Positions 39,158-48,412 of a DNA stretch of 64,000 nucleotides are shown here, piece after piece. How positions within the stretch are numbered: position 1 is the stretch's first letter; each line of letters starts with the position of its first letter. The notes beneath the pieces are model-generated. The model saw only the letters and a program-made list of their open reading frames with translations, had not been told where the DNA came from and did not search any database. The position numbers were made by a program, and so were the translations under genes. This DNA is from Rhizomicrobium sp. (GTDB taxonomy: Bacteria > Pseudomonadota > Alphaproteobacteria > Micropepsales > Micropepsaceae): NCBI GenBank assembly GCA_036269235.1, contig DATASL010000018.1, forward strand, positions 82,440 to 146,439, read 5' to 3'.

Positions 39158-39411
39158 GAAATTTGCGCGTGCTCCGGCAGCGACTTCTCCAAGGCGTCAA
39201 CCATCTGTTCGATCGTATCATACTGGATGAATGTCGCGGGATCGATCTCCACGCCCGTCGCCTCCTCCAGTTCTCCGGCCATCAGGACGGCATCGACGGA
39301 ATCCATACCATAATCGGCGAGCGTGCGGTCGAAGGAGATTTCGCTTTCGCCTATCCGGGCGAAATGCGCGAGATGCATGCGAACCCACGCCCGCACCTTA
39401 CTTTCCGCCAT
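39154..39411 (-). CDS. Stand-alone acyl carrier protein
   Basis: 85 aa, acidic; phosphopantetheine site DYGMDSVDAV; ..LEE..G.EIDP..F..Y.TI; SD GAGGG. Confidence 0.9.
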   Translation of the reverse strand: MAESKVRAWVRMHLAHFARIGESEISFDRTLADYGMDSVDAVLMAGELEEATGVEIDPATFIQYDTIEQMVDALEKSLPEHAQIS

Positions 39412-40630
39412 AGCTTCCCTCACTCCCGTAATGCCCATGCAGATAACGGAGCCCGGCAATATTTGCATTCTCCTGCCATTCCAGCTCATGAGGCGACCAG
39501 CGGAGCGATGGCCATTCCAGCAGCTTCTTTGCTGCCAGCTCGACTTCGAATGTCGCCAGTTGGCCGCCAAGACAGCGGTAAGGGCCGGCCGCAAAAGTCA
39601 AGGGCTCCGGCCCGTCGCGACTCATATCCAGCACATCGGGATTCGGAAACACCTCGCTGTCTCGATTGGCCACGTCGAGCATCAACACAACATGATCTCC
39701 GGAACGGACCGTGGTGCCTGCAATTTCGGTGTCATCCCGCATCTCCCGTGAAATGTATTTGACCGGCGAGGACAGGCGCAAGATCTCGCGCGCGAATGAC
39801 GGCAGGAGTGATGGCTCCCGCACAAGACGCTCCCGAAGTTCCGAATCTGACAACAGGCACAATGCACAATCCGACAGAGCCGCCGCGGTCGTCAGAACGC
39901 CCGCGAAAAAAAAGAAGGAACAAAAGCCCGCAATATCGTCGTCCGAGCAGGCGCCGGTCTCTTCGGCCTGCCGCATCAGGAGGGAAAGCCCGTCGGCAAC
40001 CGGCGCTCCCGACTTGCGCCGCTCGGCGATCGCATCCGCAAAATAACCCAGAACGAACTCCGCGGCGCAGTTAAGTTTCTTCAAGCGATTGATCGATGGC
40101 GGAAACCTGTCGAAAATTACAATCAGTTCGCTCCCTTCATCGACGAGCCGTGCAAGTTCATGTGCGGGAAGGCCGAGAATGGATGCAATCGAGCACAGCG
40201 CAATCTCTCTGCCGAACTCGCGCACGAGTTCGATTTCGCCTTTTGCATGGCCCGAGGACAGGATCGAGTCCACGCGGCCGGACAGGGATTCGGGCAATCC
40301 GGTCCGGCGGAAGTTTCCAAGAAGCTGCGCAATGATCCGGCGTATATCGTCGTGCCGGGGCGGCCGCAAAAACAGAGGTATTGCGAGACAGCCCGTCCGC
40401 AGCTTGGTCAATCCGAGATTGCCCCGTTTATCCAGCTCGTGGAAGAACTGCCCATATTGTATGGCCTGCGCCGACGGGTGTCGCAAAATTGAACTGACAT
40501 CGGCATATCGGGTTAGTACCCACGCTGCGTCCTTGGTGCTTTGGAATATGCGAGGCCCTTCCCGAAGCCGGCGATAGGCTTCGGCGCGCTCGGGATTCAT
40601 GAAGTCGGGAAAGGGATTGGCGCCTAGCAC
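39398..40630 (-). CDS. Cytochrome P450
   Basis: WVLTRYADV, PPRHDDIR, I-helix FFAGVLTT, K-helix EILR, ANRD..F.NPD, heme motif FAAGPYRCLG. Confidence 0.9.
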   Translation of the reverse strand: MLGANPFPDFMNPERAEAYRRLREGPRIFQSTKDAAWVLTRYADVSSILRHPSAQAIQYGQFFHELDKRGNLGLTKLRTGCLAIPLFLRPPRHDDIRRIIAQLLGNFRRTGLPESLSGRVDSILSSGHAKGEIELVREFGREIALCSIASILGLPAHELARLVDEGSELIVIFDRFPPSINRLKKLNCAAEFVLGYFADAIAERRKSGAPVADGLSLLMRQAEETGACSDDDIAGFCSFFFFAGVLTTAAALSDCALCLLSDSELRERLVREPSLLPSFAREILRLSSPVKYISREMRDDTEIAGTTVRSGDHVVLMLDVANRDSEVFPNPDVLDMSRDGPEPLTFAAGPYRCLGGQLATFEVELAAKKLLEWPSLRWSPHELEWQENANIAGLRYLHGHYGSEGSYGGK

Positions 40631-42405
40631 TGTCGGTCAGCAACCTGTCGTCGGCCCGCGCGGCGTAGCGCGGGATGGGAGTACTCCGCAATGGGCCGGA
40701 TTTCTCCCGCTTCGTAGCGCTGACGGCAGAGATGCCGCTGAATTTTCCCGCTGGTGGTACGTGGAAGCGATCCGGGCGCGACCAGGACCAGATCGTGCAA
40801 CCCGAAACCAAATGTCCTGTTGAGCGCACGTGTCACCGCCTCGATGACCGGCTCGACCTCCCGGCTTCGCATGATGGACCGGTCTACTTCCAGCATAAGC
40901 ACCACGGCTTCTGTTTCATCGCCTTCGATGCCGAATGCCGCAGCAAAGCTGTTGGTGACCGCTTCGTGGCTCCCGCGCGCGAGCATTTCAACGTCCAGCG
41001 GATCGATATTCGCTCCACGCAGTATGATGAGATCTTTCCGCCTCCCGGTGACGAAGAGGCCTTCTACTCCGACAAAACCCAGATCGCCCGTCCGCAGCCA
41101 TCCACCGGCCGTTGGTTCGCCTCGAATTTCAGCAAAAAAAGTCTCCACAGTCTGTTCATCTTTACGCCAATAACCTTTGGCAACACTCGGACCCCGGAGC
41201 CAGATTTCGCCTTCGTCACCGTTCGGCACACGTTGCCGGCTCTCGGGATTGACGATTGCAATCTCATGATTCTTCGCCGGTTTGCCGCAGCAGACATGAA
41301 CACGCCCACCGTTTGAACCGCGGTCGGCCGATAATACCCCGATCGGCCCGGCGTTCGGCGACGCCGCTGATATAATTTTATCCCCGCTGCCCGGCGATGT
41401 CGCAAGAAGTGTGGACTCCGCAAGTCCGTAACACGGCGCAAATGCAGAAGACACAAAGCCATATGGCGCGAAGAAATCCGCAAAACGCGTCAGAATTTCT
41501 TCTCGCACCGGTTCTCCCCCGCAAATCGCAAGTCGCCAACTGGACAGATCGAGATCCGCAGCTGTTGCTCCCGCACGCCGCGCGCAGAGTTCAAAGGCAA
41601 AATTGGGAGCCATGCCGATCGTAGCTCTGAACTTGCCGATCGCCTCCAGCCAGCGCATCGGCCGCTGAAGGAAAGTGAGCGGAGACATCAATGCGCACGA
41701 TCCGCCGACAAAAACGGTTTGCAGCACGGCCCCTATCAGACCCATGTCGTGATAAAGCGGCAACCAGCAAACCGCGCGATCCTCGGAACTGATATTGAAT
41801 GCTTCCGTCAGTACCTGCTGATTAGCCATGAGATTGGCATGACTGATGATGACTCCGCGCGGAGTGCCGGTCGTACCGGACGTGTATTGAAGCAACGCCA
41901 CGGAAGACGGATCCGGCTGGTCGCCGTGATATTGAGGACCGTCAGGATCAACGGTGTTGGTTGCAATCAGACTTGCGCCTGCAAGATTCCGTTCATGCGG
42001 CAGTGCCGCCGGCCGGTCGGACAGCGTGAGAACGGCGCACGGTTCTGCATCCTCCATGATCGGCAAAGCGCGCTCCAGGGCGCGCTGCGGTTCCATCACA
42101 GGGATTGGAATAGTGACGGCCGTGCTTCCCGCGTAAAAACAACCAAACAACGCTGGAACAAACTCCAGGCACGATGGATAGGCAAGCAGCACGGGTTTCC
42201 CGCTGCATCCCGCCGCCCGAAGCTGCGCGGCGATGAGAGCCGCGCGACGATCGAGCTCTCCATAGCTAATCTGAGAAGTCACGCATAGGCGCGCGTCAAG
42301 AAACTGGAACGCATTCGAGTCAGCTCGCTCCAGCGCGTGCAAACGCAATTTACCGGGGATGGTATGTACATCCTCGGCTCTGAAGGGCAACAAAGCCGCG
42401 TTCAT
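40624..42405 (-). CDS. Fatty acyl-AMP ligase (FAAL)
   Basis: LQYTSGTTGTPRGV, FAAL signature WLPLYHDMGLIG, APNFAF, CYGLAESTL, RTGDLGF, PRTTSGKIQR. Confidence 0.92.
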   Translation of the reverse strand: MNAALLPFRAEDVHTIPGKLRLHALERADSNAFQFLDARLCVTSQISYGELDRRAALIAAQLRAAGCSGKPVLLAYPSCLEFVPALFGCFYAGSTAVTIPIPVMEPQRALERALPIMEDAEPCAVLTLSDRPAALPHERNLAGASLIATNTVDPDGPQYHGDQPDPSSVALLQYTSGTTGTPRGVIISHANLMANQQVLTEAFNISSEDRAVCWLPLYHDMGLIGAVLQTVFVGGSCALMSPLTFLQRPMRWLEAIGKFRATIGMAPNFAFELCARRAGATAADLDLSSWRLAICGGEPVREEILTRFADFFAPYGFVSSAFAPCYGLAESTLLATSPGSGDKIISAASPNAGPIGVLSADRGSNGGRVHVCCGKPAKNHEIAIVNPESRQRVPNGDEGEIWLRGPSVAKGYWRKDEQTVETFFAEIRGEPTAGGWLRTGDLGFVGVEGLFVTGRRKDLIILRGANIDPLDVEMLARGSHEAVTNSFAAAFGIEGDETEAVVLMLEVDRSIMRSREVEPVIEAVTRALNRTFGFGLHDLVLVAPGSLPRTTSGKIQRHLCRQRYEAGEIRPIAEYSHPALRRAGRRQVADRQC

Positions 42406-44462
42406 TTCTTCGAAAAGCTCCCGAGTTGCCCGAGCAGTTTCTCGCCAATGCGCCCGCTTGCCACAAACTCGCTCAATATGGGTGTCAACAGCCCTTCGGC
42501 GAGCAGAATGCGCAATAATTGCGACCTGACGACCGGGATACCTGCCGCAGTGGCACCCTCGATCCTGCCCAGTTCGCGGGCACGTGTCGCCTGGGGTTCG
42601 CGATTGCTGTCGTATATCACGAAAAGGCGTGGCTTGTCCGGCGCATTGGAATAAATCTCGTCAACGGACCGGATATCTCCGAAGCGGGCGACGGCCTGTG
42701 AAAATTTGCTTGCTTCAACTGGCTTGAGAGAAGCCATGTTGGGCAGCCCAATTCTCGGGTCGAATGCCAGGATCGCCTCCGCATTTGCAGCCACGCCGTA
42801 TCGAATGGCGGCGCCGGCACCCTGACAGTTGCCGATCATCAAAAGACGCTTGGCGCCAGACCGTTCGGCAATGCCACGAAGGGCGTCTACGGTGGAATCA
42901 AAATCGCTGCCCAATCCGACGATGCCGCCGAGATATCGCGTATCTTCGACATCACGAACAAACAGCATACTGGAGATTCTGGCACGCAAAAGGCGGTAAA
43001 ATAGCGAGAACGTAATATCAACCTGCCCGGCGGCGCCGCCAAATATCACCAGCAATGTTTCGGCGCCGGGAACGATTTTGGAGACCACGCCTGCCATTTC
43101 ATCGAGATCGCCGCCGCCGGCAGCCCCTTCCTCCAATTGCTCCCGGGTTCGGCACAGCCCGGCCCGATCAAGCGCCCGTGCCGCCATCACAATCTGCCTC
43201 CCGGCAGGTGACGTATCCTCAAGCTCTCTCGTAACAGGTTGAAGGACATCGGTGACTCCGTACCTCAGGGCCACGACGGCTGCAGGCACAAGCGTTCCTT
43301 TCGCTCTGCCAGAATCCCGAATAACGTGTATCGCCGAATCGAGTTCTTCCCGCCAATCGAATTTGCCTACGCGACCTTGCAGACGCCGCAGGCGGGCGTG
43401 AACGGTGGCATTGTTAGGCTCAAGAACAGCCGCTCGCTCGTATTCCCGTAGCGCGCCCTCCAAATCGTCTTGAAGTTTCGCAACGTCGCCGAGACCAAGC
43501 AGCGCTTCGACCTTTGCAGCGTCCTTGCTCAACACGAGATCGAACTGAAGCTTTGCCTCATCGAGGCGCGACAAATCGCACAGGCAGATTCCTATCTCAC
43601 AAAGTATTTCGAGATTGCCGGGTTCGGCGGCGGCCACTTTCTCGAACGCCAGCAACGCGTCGTCCCAGCGATGTTCATATCGCGCGATATGGGCAAGAAG
43701 CACCAGCGCCTTGGTATTCCACTCTCCTTTCTGTTGCGTGGACATGTCTTCAAGAATGGCTCTGGCCTTGGCAATTTCGCTTTCGCTCCTGACCGTATGT
43801 TCCGGCGACCTTCCGCGCGGAGTCCAGTCGGGTTGGGCCACGCAAATGGCTTGGGCAAGTCCGTAGCGAATCCGCGGATCGTCAGGGCTCTCCGCCACGG
43901 CGCTATCAAGCACGTCAAGAACGGAGGGCGAATCCGCCGATTCCGATGCGAGATTGGCAAGACGGCGGATAGCACGCGCGCGCGTATCGTCGTCGGCAGT
44001 CTGCACGACCGAACGCAGCAATTCGCTCGCACGTCCGGGTTCTGAAAGCGTTATGAAGCCTTCAGCGACGTACAAAAGTTTCTTTGGATCTTTTTTTGCG
44101 GCCGCGATGACACTTTCCATGCTCTTCACGGCCGTTTCACGATCTCCGAGCTTGAATGTCATGAGACTGGCGCCGACCGATGCGCGCACGTTGTCCGGAA
44201 AACGTTCCAGTATCTTTTTGTAGCAATCCAAAGCCTTTGCCGGACGCTCGAGGAGATCAAGCGTCTGCGCAATTTCGAATTGCGCAATCATGCCGTTTCG
44301 TTTTTCCCGCCTTGCGGCTTTGAAATGGTTTAGTGCACCTAAAAGGTCGCCGTTCTTGCGTGCCAGCCTCCCCTGATCCAGCGGATCGGGCGAACCCGAC
44401 GGCGCCGGTTCCGCTGTTTCGGCCCGTGCGTTCCGATTTGCTTTTTTTGTCCCAGGATTCAT
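42402..44462 (-). CDS. TPR protein with C-terminal alpha/beta-hydrolase-like domain
   Basis: Multiple TPRs; C-terminal LLVIFGG, LFVRD..YL.G, elbow MIGNCQGAGAAIRYG, ILAFDP; start 44462-44507. Confidence 0.75.
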   Translation of the reverse strand: MNPGTKKANRNARAETAEPAPSGSPDPLDQGRLARKNGDLLGALNHFKAARREKRNGMIAQFEIAQTLDLLERPAKALDCYKKILERFPDNVRASVGASLMTFKLGDRETAVKSMESVIAAAKKDPKKLLYVAEGFITLSEPGRASELLRSVVQTADDDTRARAIRRLANLASESADSPSVLDVLDSAVAESPDDPRIRYGLAQAICVAQPDWTPRGRSPEHTVRSESEIAKARAILEDMSTQQKGEWNTKALVLLAHIARYEHRWDDALLAFEKVAAAEPGNLEILCEIGICLCDLSRLDEAKLQFDLVLSKDAAKVEALLGLGDVAKLQDDLEGALREYERAAVLEPNNATVHARLRRLQGRVGKFDWREELDSAIHVIRDSGRAKGTLVPAAVVALRYGVTDVLQPVTRELEDTSPAGRQIVMAARALDRAGLCRTREQLEEGAAGGGDLDEMAGVVSKIVPGAETLLVIFGGAAGQVDITFSLFYRLLRARISSMLFVRDVEDTRYLGGIVGLGSDFDSTVDALRGIAERSGAKRLLMIGNCQGAGAAIRYGVAANAEAILAFDPRIGLPNMASLKPVEASKFSQAVARFGDIRSVDEIYSNAPDKPRLFVIYDSNREPQATRARELGRIEGATAAGIPVVRSQLLRILLAEGLLTPILSEFVASGRIGEKLLGQLGSFSKK

Positions 44463-44565
44463 AGCTGGCATATCTGACTCCACGGGCTGAATGCCTGTTG
44501 GCGGCAACTTACTCAGCCAAATCTATCGATTCAACCGCTTCTGCGATGGCGGAAAACAAGGCGTT

Positions 44566-45648
44566 TTACGCGTCGTAGCTAAGCACGACCTCATCGGCAG
44601 TAGGCACGGCCTGGCAGGTGAGAACGTAACCCTGCGCGATTTCTGCGTCGCTGAGGCCGTAATTCTTCTTCATCGTGACGGTGCCGGAAATGATCTTCGC
44701 ACGGCAGGTTGAGCAGACGCCGCCTTTGCAGGCGTAGGGTGCAGGCAATCCGGCCGCGTGCAGACTTTCGAGAATGTTCCCCTTCTCCGCATCGAACGGA
44801 ATTCGCGAACGGCGGCCATCCAGCGTCACCACGAGCCCGGTGCCGGCCGCCTTCTGCTGCAGCGCTTCGTGCCGCGCGAGTTGTTCGGCGCTCGGAGCGC
44901 TGGTGGTGAAGCGCTCGATGAAGATGCGTCCCTCCGGAACGGAGCGGGCAAGCAGCGCCCCTTCGGCCGCATCCATCATAGGACCAGGCCCGCAGATGAA
45001 GAACGCATCGACTGCGTTCACATCGACCAGCGTGGAAAATGCCTCGTCGCATTTCGCGCGGTCCAGCCGGCCGTTGAACAGCTCGATCTCCTCCGCTTCC
45101 AGTTCCAGGAAGTGATAGACTTCAAGGCGATCGAGATAGCGGTTCTTGAGAGCCGCGAGTTCCTCAAGAAACATGACCGAAGCCGTGTCGCGATTGCCGT
45201 AAAGCAGCGTGAACCGGCTCGCCGGTCTGGCATCGAGCACGGTTTTCAGGATGGAGATCACGGGCGTTATCCCCGATCCGCCTGCAAGACCTACATACCA
45301 GGGTACCGCCACATCCGATTGCGGAATAACGAAGCGACCCATCGGCGGCAGCACGTCGATGGCCCGGCCAACCCGCAACTCCGTGTTCGCCCAGACCGAG
45401 AATTTGCCGGCCACCATCTGTTTGACGGCAATCCGAACCTCGTTTTCCGAGGGCGAAACGCAGACGGAGTAATTTCTTCTGACGTCCTCGCCGTCGAGAT
45501 TTGCCCGCAAAGTCAGATGCTGCCCCGCCTCGAACCTGAATGTTTCTTTCAGCTCCTCCGGGATGTCGAAGCGAATCGAAACCGCGTCCGCCGTTTCGCG
45601 CCGGACTTCGGCGATCGTGAGCGAGTGAAAGCCTCGATTAAGGGACAT
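44566..45648 (-). CDS. paaE: Phenylacetyl-CoA epoxidase reductase subunit
   Basis: RNYSVC, AGGSGITP, FICGP, 2Fe-2S ACKGGVCSTCRA, LTCQA. Confidence 0.92.
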   Translation of the reverse strand: MSLNRGFHSLTIAEVRRETADAVSIRFDIPEELKETFRFEAGQHLTLRANLDGEDVRRNYSVCVSPSENEVRIAVKQMVAGKFSVWANTELRVGRAIDVLPPMGRFVIPQSDVAVPWYVGLAGGSGITPVISILKTVLDARPASRFTLLYGNRDTASVMFLEELAALKNRYLDRLEVYHFLELEAEEIELFNGRLDRAKCDEAFSTLVDVNAVDAFFICGPGPMMDAAEGALLARSVPEGRIFIERFTTSAPSAEQLARHEALQQKAAGTGLVVTLDGRRSRIPFDAEKGNILESLHAAGLPAPYACKGGVCSTCRAKIISGTVTMKKNYGLSDAEIAQGYVLTCQAVPTADEVVLSYDA

Positions 45649-45654
45649 AAGAGG

Positions 45655-46293
45655 TCAGTGACACTTGAAGCGGTCGAAGGGTTCGCTGCAGGCAAGGCAG
45701 CGATGCAGCGATTTGCAGGGCGTAGAGCCGAAGCGGCTGATCTCTTCGGTCCGTTCCGAGCCGCAGCGCGGGCATTGCGCTGTTTCCTCACGCAGGGTGT
45801 GTTTGTTTGCACCTTTCGGTGGCGGCGCAATTCCGTAGTCGCGCAGTTTTTCCCGGCCTGTGTCGCTGATCCAGTCCGTCGTCCAGGGCGGCGACAGCGT
45901 GGTTTCAATGCGCATTTCTTGCAGCCCGGCGCCATCCAGCGCGGCGCGTATTGCAACCTGAATCGCATGCGTCGCCGGGCAGCCCGAATAGGTCGGTGTA
46001 ATTACAACCGCGGATCGTTCACCAGAGCGCACATCGCGCACGATCCCAAGATCGACAACGGAGACACAGGGAATTTCGGGATCGGGAACATGACTTAATA
46101 TTTCCAAGACGCGCCGCTCAAATTCTTCAGCACCAGAATTAGCAATGTCATCCCCGCGAAAGCGGGGACCCAACTCCGGCAACTGCTTAATTTGATGCAC
46201 CGGCACCAGCGCCTCTTCCTTCATCTCCGTGCTTCTGGGTTCCCGCTTTCGCGGGAATGACATTGTAGAGCCGGTGGAGTTGCGTATCACCAC
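45655..46293 (-). CDS. paaD: Phenylacetyl-CoA epoxidase subunit D, with in-frame palindromic insertion
   Basis: VPDPEIP..SVVDLGIVR, TPTYSGCPA, WTTDW, CPRCGS, FGSTPCK, EPFDRFKCH; GTG start in GTGGTGA coupled to the paaC stop. Confidence 0.88.
   Translation of the reverse strand: MVIRNSTGSTMSFPRKREPRSTEMKEEALVPVHQIKQLPELGPRFRGDDIANSGAEEFERRVLEILSHVPDPEIPCVSVVDLGIVRDVRSGERSAVVITPTYSGCPATHAIQVAIRAALDGAGLQEMRIETTLSPPWTTDWISDTGREKLRDYGIAPPPKGANKHTLREETAQCPRCGSERTEEISRFGSTPCKSLHRCLACSEPFDRFKCH
46143..46265. repeat. 123-bp palindromic element (RPE/dRS3-like) inside the paaD 5' region
   Basis: 30-bp terminal IR CAATGTCATCCCCGCGAAAGCGGGGACCCA / TGGGTTCCCGCTTTCGCGGGAATGACATTG (28/30). Confidence 0.85.
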
Positions 46294-47012
46294 ACCGCTC
46301 CCGGATAGGCGCGGGGGAGAAATTGCATTTCGGTCAGCAGATGACCCAAATGTTCCGAATGATGGCCTGTACGTCCACCGAGCACAGCACGGCGCGGCCT
46401 CGGCGATTCGAGATTTGCTTCGGCGAGCGTGCGTGCGATGCGCACGTCCCATTCGGCGCGCAGAGAAGGCGCACCGTTTTTGGGGTCGAACAACTCGTCC
46501 ACGAAGCGCCACATCCAGTCGAGGCCGGCGATCATCCGCGCGCGGCTTTCTTCCGTGCCGTCTCCCAGGCGCACGACCCACTCGCACGCATAGCGGGCAT
46601 GATAGGCGACTTCCTTCACCGCCTTGGCGCCTATGGCCGCCAGGCGCGCATCGGGGGCAGCGGCAATCTCTCGCATCAGCAATTCCTGCCAATTGGAGAA
46701 CAGGAACTGCCGCGCGATGGTCTGCGCGAAATCACCGTTCGGTTGCTCGACGAGCAGGCAATTCCGGAAGTCCAGCACGTCGCGATGAAAGGCCAGCGCG
46801 TCGGCATCGCGGCTCATGCCTTCGATCTCGCCGGCGAGACCCAGGAAGAAGGTCGCCTGGCCGAACAGGTCGAGCGCGATATTCGCCAGCGCCAGATCGA
46901 CTTCCAGCATCGGCGCATGTCCGCACCATTCCGACAGACGCTGCGCGAGAACCAGCGCGTCGTCTCCAAGCCGGACGGCGTGATGAAACAACTTATCCTC
47001 TTCGCCCGGCAT
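46287..47012 (-). CDS. paaC: Phenylacetyl-CoA epoxidase subunit C
   Basis: RLGDDALVLAQRLSEWCGHAP, NIALDL.GQA, LVEQPNGDFA, KEVAYH, HSEHLGHLL.EMQ. Confidence 0.93.
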   Translation of the reverse strand: MPGEEDKLFHHAVRLGDDALVLAQRLSEWCGHAPMLEVDLALANIALDLFGQATFFLGLAGEIEGMSRDADALAFHRDVLDFRNCLLVEQPNGDFAQTIARQFLFSNWQELLMREIAAAPDARLAAIGAKAVKEVAYHARYACEWVVRLGDGTEESRARMIAGLDWMWRFVDELFDPKNGAPSLRAEWDVRIARTLAEANLESPRPRRAVLGGRTGHHSEHLGHLLTEMQFLPRAYPGAVW

Positions 47013-47296
47013 CAGATGTTCTTCACATTGTCGGGGATCGTGTAGAAGGTCGGGTGGCGATAAACCTTGTCCTGCGCCGGCGCGAACAAAGCTTCGGCTT
47101 CGCCCGGATCGGATGCGGTGATGGCAGCCGACGGCACGACCCACAGGCTTACGCCTTCCATGCGCCGCGTGTAGGTATCGCGCGCCGCTTCCAGCGCCAT
47201 TCGCGCATCGGCGGCATGGACGCTGCCCGCATGCTTGTGGGAAAGTCCGTTCTTCGCGCGCACGAACACTTCCCAGAGCGGCCATTCCTTGTTCAT
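47012..47296 (-). CDS. paaB: Phenylacetyl-CoA epoxidase subunit B
   Basis: WPLWEVFVR..GLSHKH.GS.HA.D..MAL..ARD.YTRR.EG.S.WVV, DKVYRHPTFY. Confidence 0.95.
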   Translation of the reverse strand: MNKEWPLWEVFVRAKNGLSHKHAGSVHAADARMALEAARDTYTRRMEGVSLWVVPSAAITASDPGEAEALFAPAQDKVYRHPTFYTIPDNVKNI

Positions 47297-47300
47297 ATAA

Positions 47301-48299
47301 TTATTCCGCCGCCATGCGCGCACTTCGCTTGGCTTCATGCGCGAGCGCCGCTTCGCGCACCCAGGCGCCCTCTTCCCAGGCCTTCACGCGCGCCATTATG
47401 CGCTCCTTCGCAGCCGGGCCTTCGCCGCGCACCACGGCATAGAATTCCTCCCAGTCGATCTCGCCGAAATCGTAAGACCCGCGCGCATCGTTCCATTTGA
47501 GCGCCGGATCGGGAACCGTGAGTCCGATCGCGTCGGCCTGCGGCACTGTTACATCGACGAATTTCTGCCGCAGCTGGTCGTTGGTTTCGCGCTTGATGCG
47601 CCAGCGGATCGATTGCGCCGAATTGGGCGAATTATCGTCGGGCGGACCAAACATCATCAGCGACGGCCACCACCAGCGGTTCAACGCATCCTGCGCCATG
47701 CGCTTCTGCGCCGTGCTTCCGCCCGCCATCGCCATCATGATTTCGTAGCCTTGGCGCTGGTGAAAACTTTCTTCCTTGCAGACGCGCACCATGGCGCGCG
47801 CATAAGGCCCGTAAGAGGTGCGCTGCAGCGGCACCTGGTTCATGATCGCCGCGCCATCGACCAGCCAGCCGATCGCGCCGATATCCGCCCAGGTGAGTGT
47901 GGGATAGTTGAAGATGGTCGAATATTTGGCGCGGCCGCAATGCAGCGCCTCGATCATCTCGTCGCGGCTGGTGCCGAGCGTTTCCGCCGCCGCATACAAA
48001 TAGAGCCCATGGCCGCCTTCGTCCTGCACCTTGGCAAGCAGCACCGCCTTGCGCCGCAGGCTCGGCGCCCGCGAAATCCAGTTGCCTTCCGGCAGCATGC
48101 CGACGATCTCCGAATGCGCATGCTGCGAAATTTGGCGCGTCAGCGTCTTGCGATACGCCTCCGGCATCCAGTCCTTCGGCTCGATGAAATCATCCGCCGC
48201 CACGCGCGCTTCGAACGCCGCGAGCCGTTCCGGATCCTCTGCCACCAAAGTGGCCGGAGCCGCTTTCGCGTTCTTGTCTTTCAGTTCGGTCGTATACAT
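47301..48299 (-). CDS. paaA: Phenylacetyl-CoA epoxidase subunit A
   Basis: [42 protein letters not shown] di-iron motifs. Confidence 0.95.
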   Translation of the reverse strand: MYTTELKDKNAKAAPATLVAEDPERLAAFEARVAADDFIEPKDWMPEAYRKTLTRQISQHAHSEIVGMLPEGNWISRAPSLRRKAVLLAKVQDEGGHGLYLYAAAETLGTSRDEMIEALHCGRAKYSTIFNYPTLTWADIGAIGWLVDGAAIMNQVPLQRTSYGPYARAMVRVCKEESFHQRQGYEIMMAMAGGSTAQKRMAQDALNRWWWPSLMMFGPPDDNSPNSAQSIRWRIKRETNDQLRQKFVDVTVPQADAIGLTVPDPALKWNDARGSYDFGEIDWEEFYAVVRGEGPAAKERIMARVKAWEEGAWVREAALAHEAKRSARMAAE

Positions 48300-48344
48300 G
48301 AAAAGGCACTCTTTATTGGTACGCCGAACCACCCCCTACAATAA

Positions 48345-48362
48345 ACCGACCGAGCGGTCAAT
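48345..48362. promoter_or_regulatory. Putative PaaR (TetR-type) operator
   Basis: ACCGACCGAGCGGTCAAT containing the dyad GACCG-AG-CGGTC, about 50 nt upstream of paaA. Confidence 0.6.
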
Positions 48363-48412
48363 TAATTGGTTTCCCGTGGGTGTCCTAACTTAAGTTTCTC
48401 GGCGCCGACACA

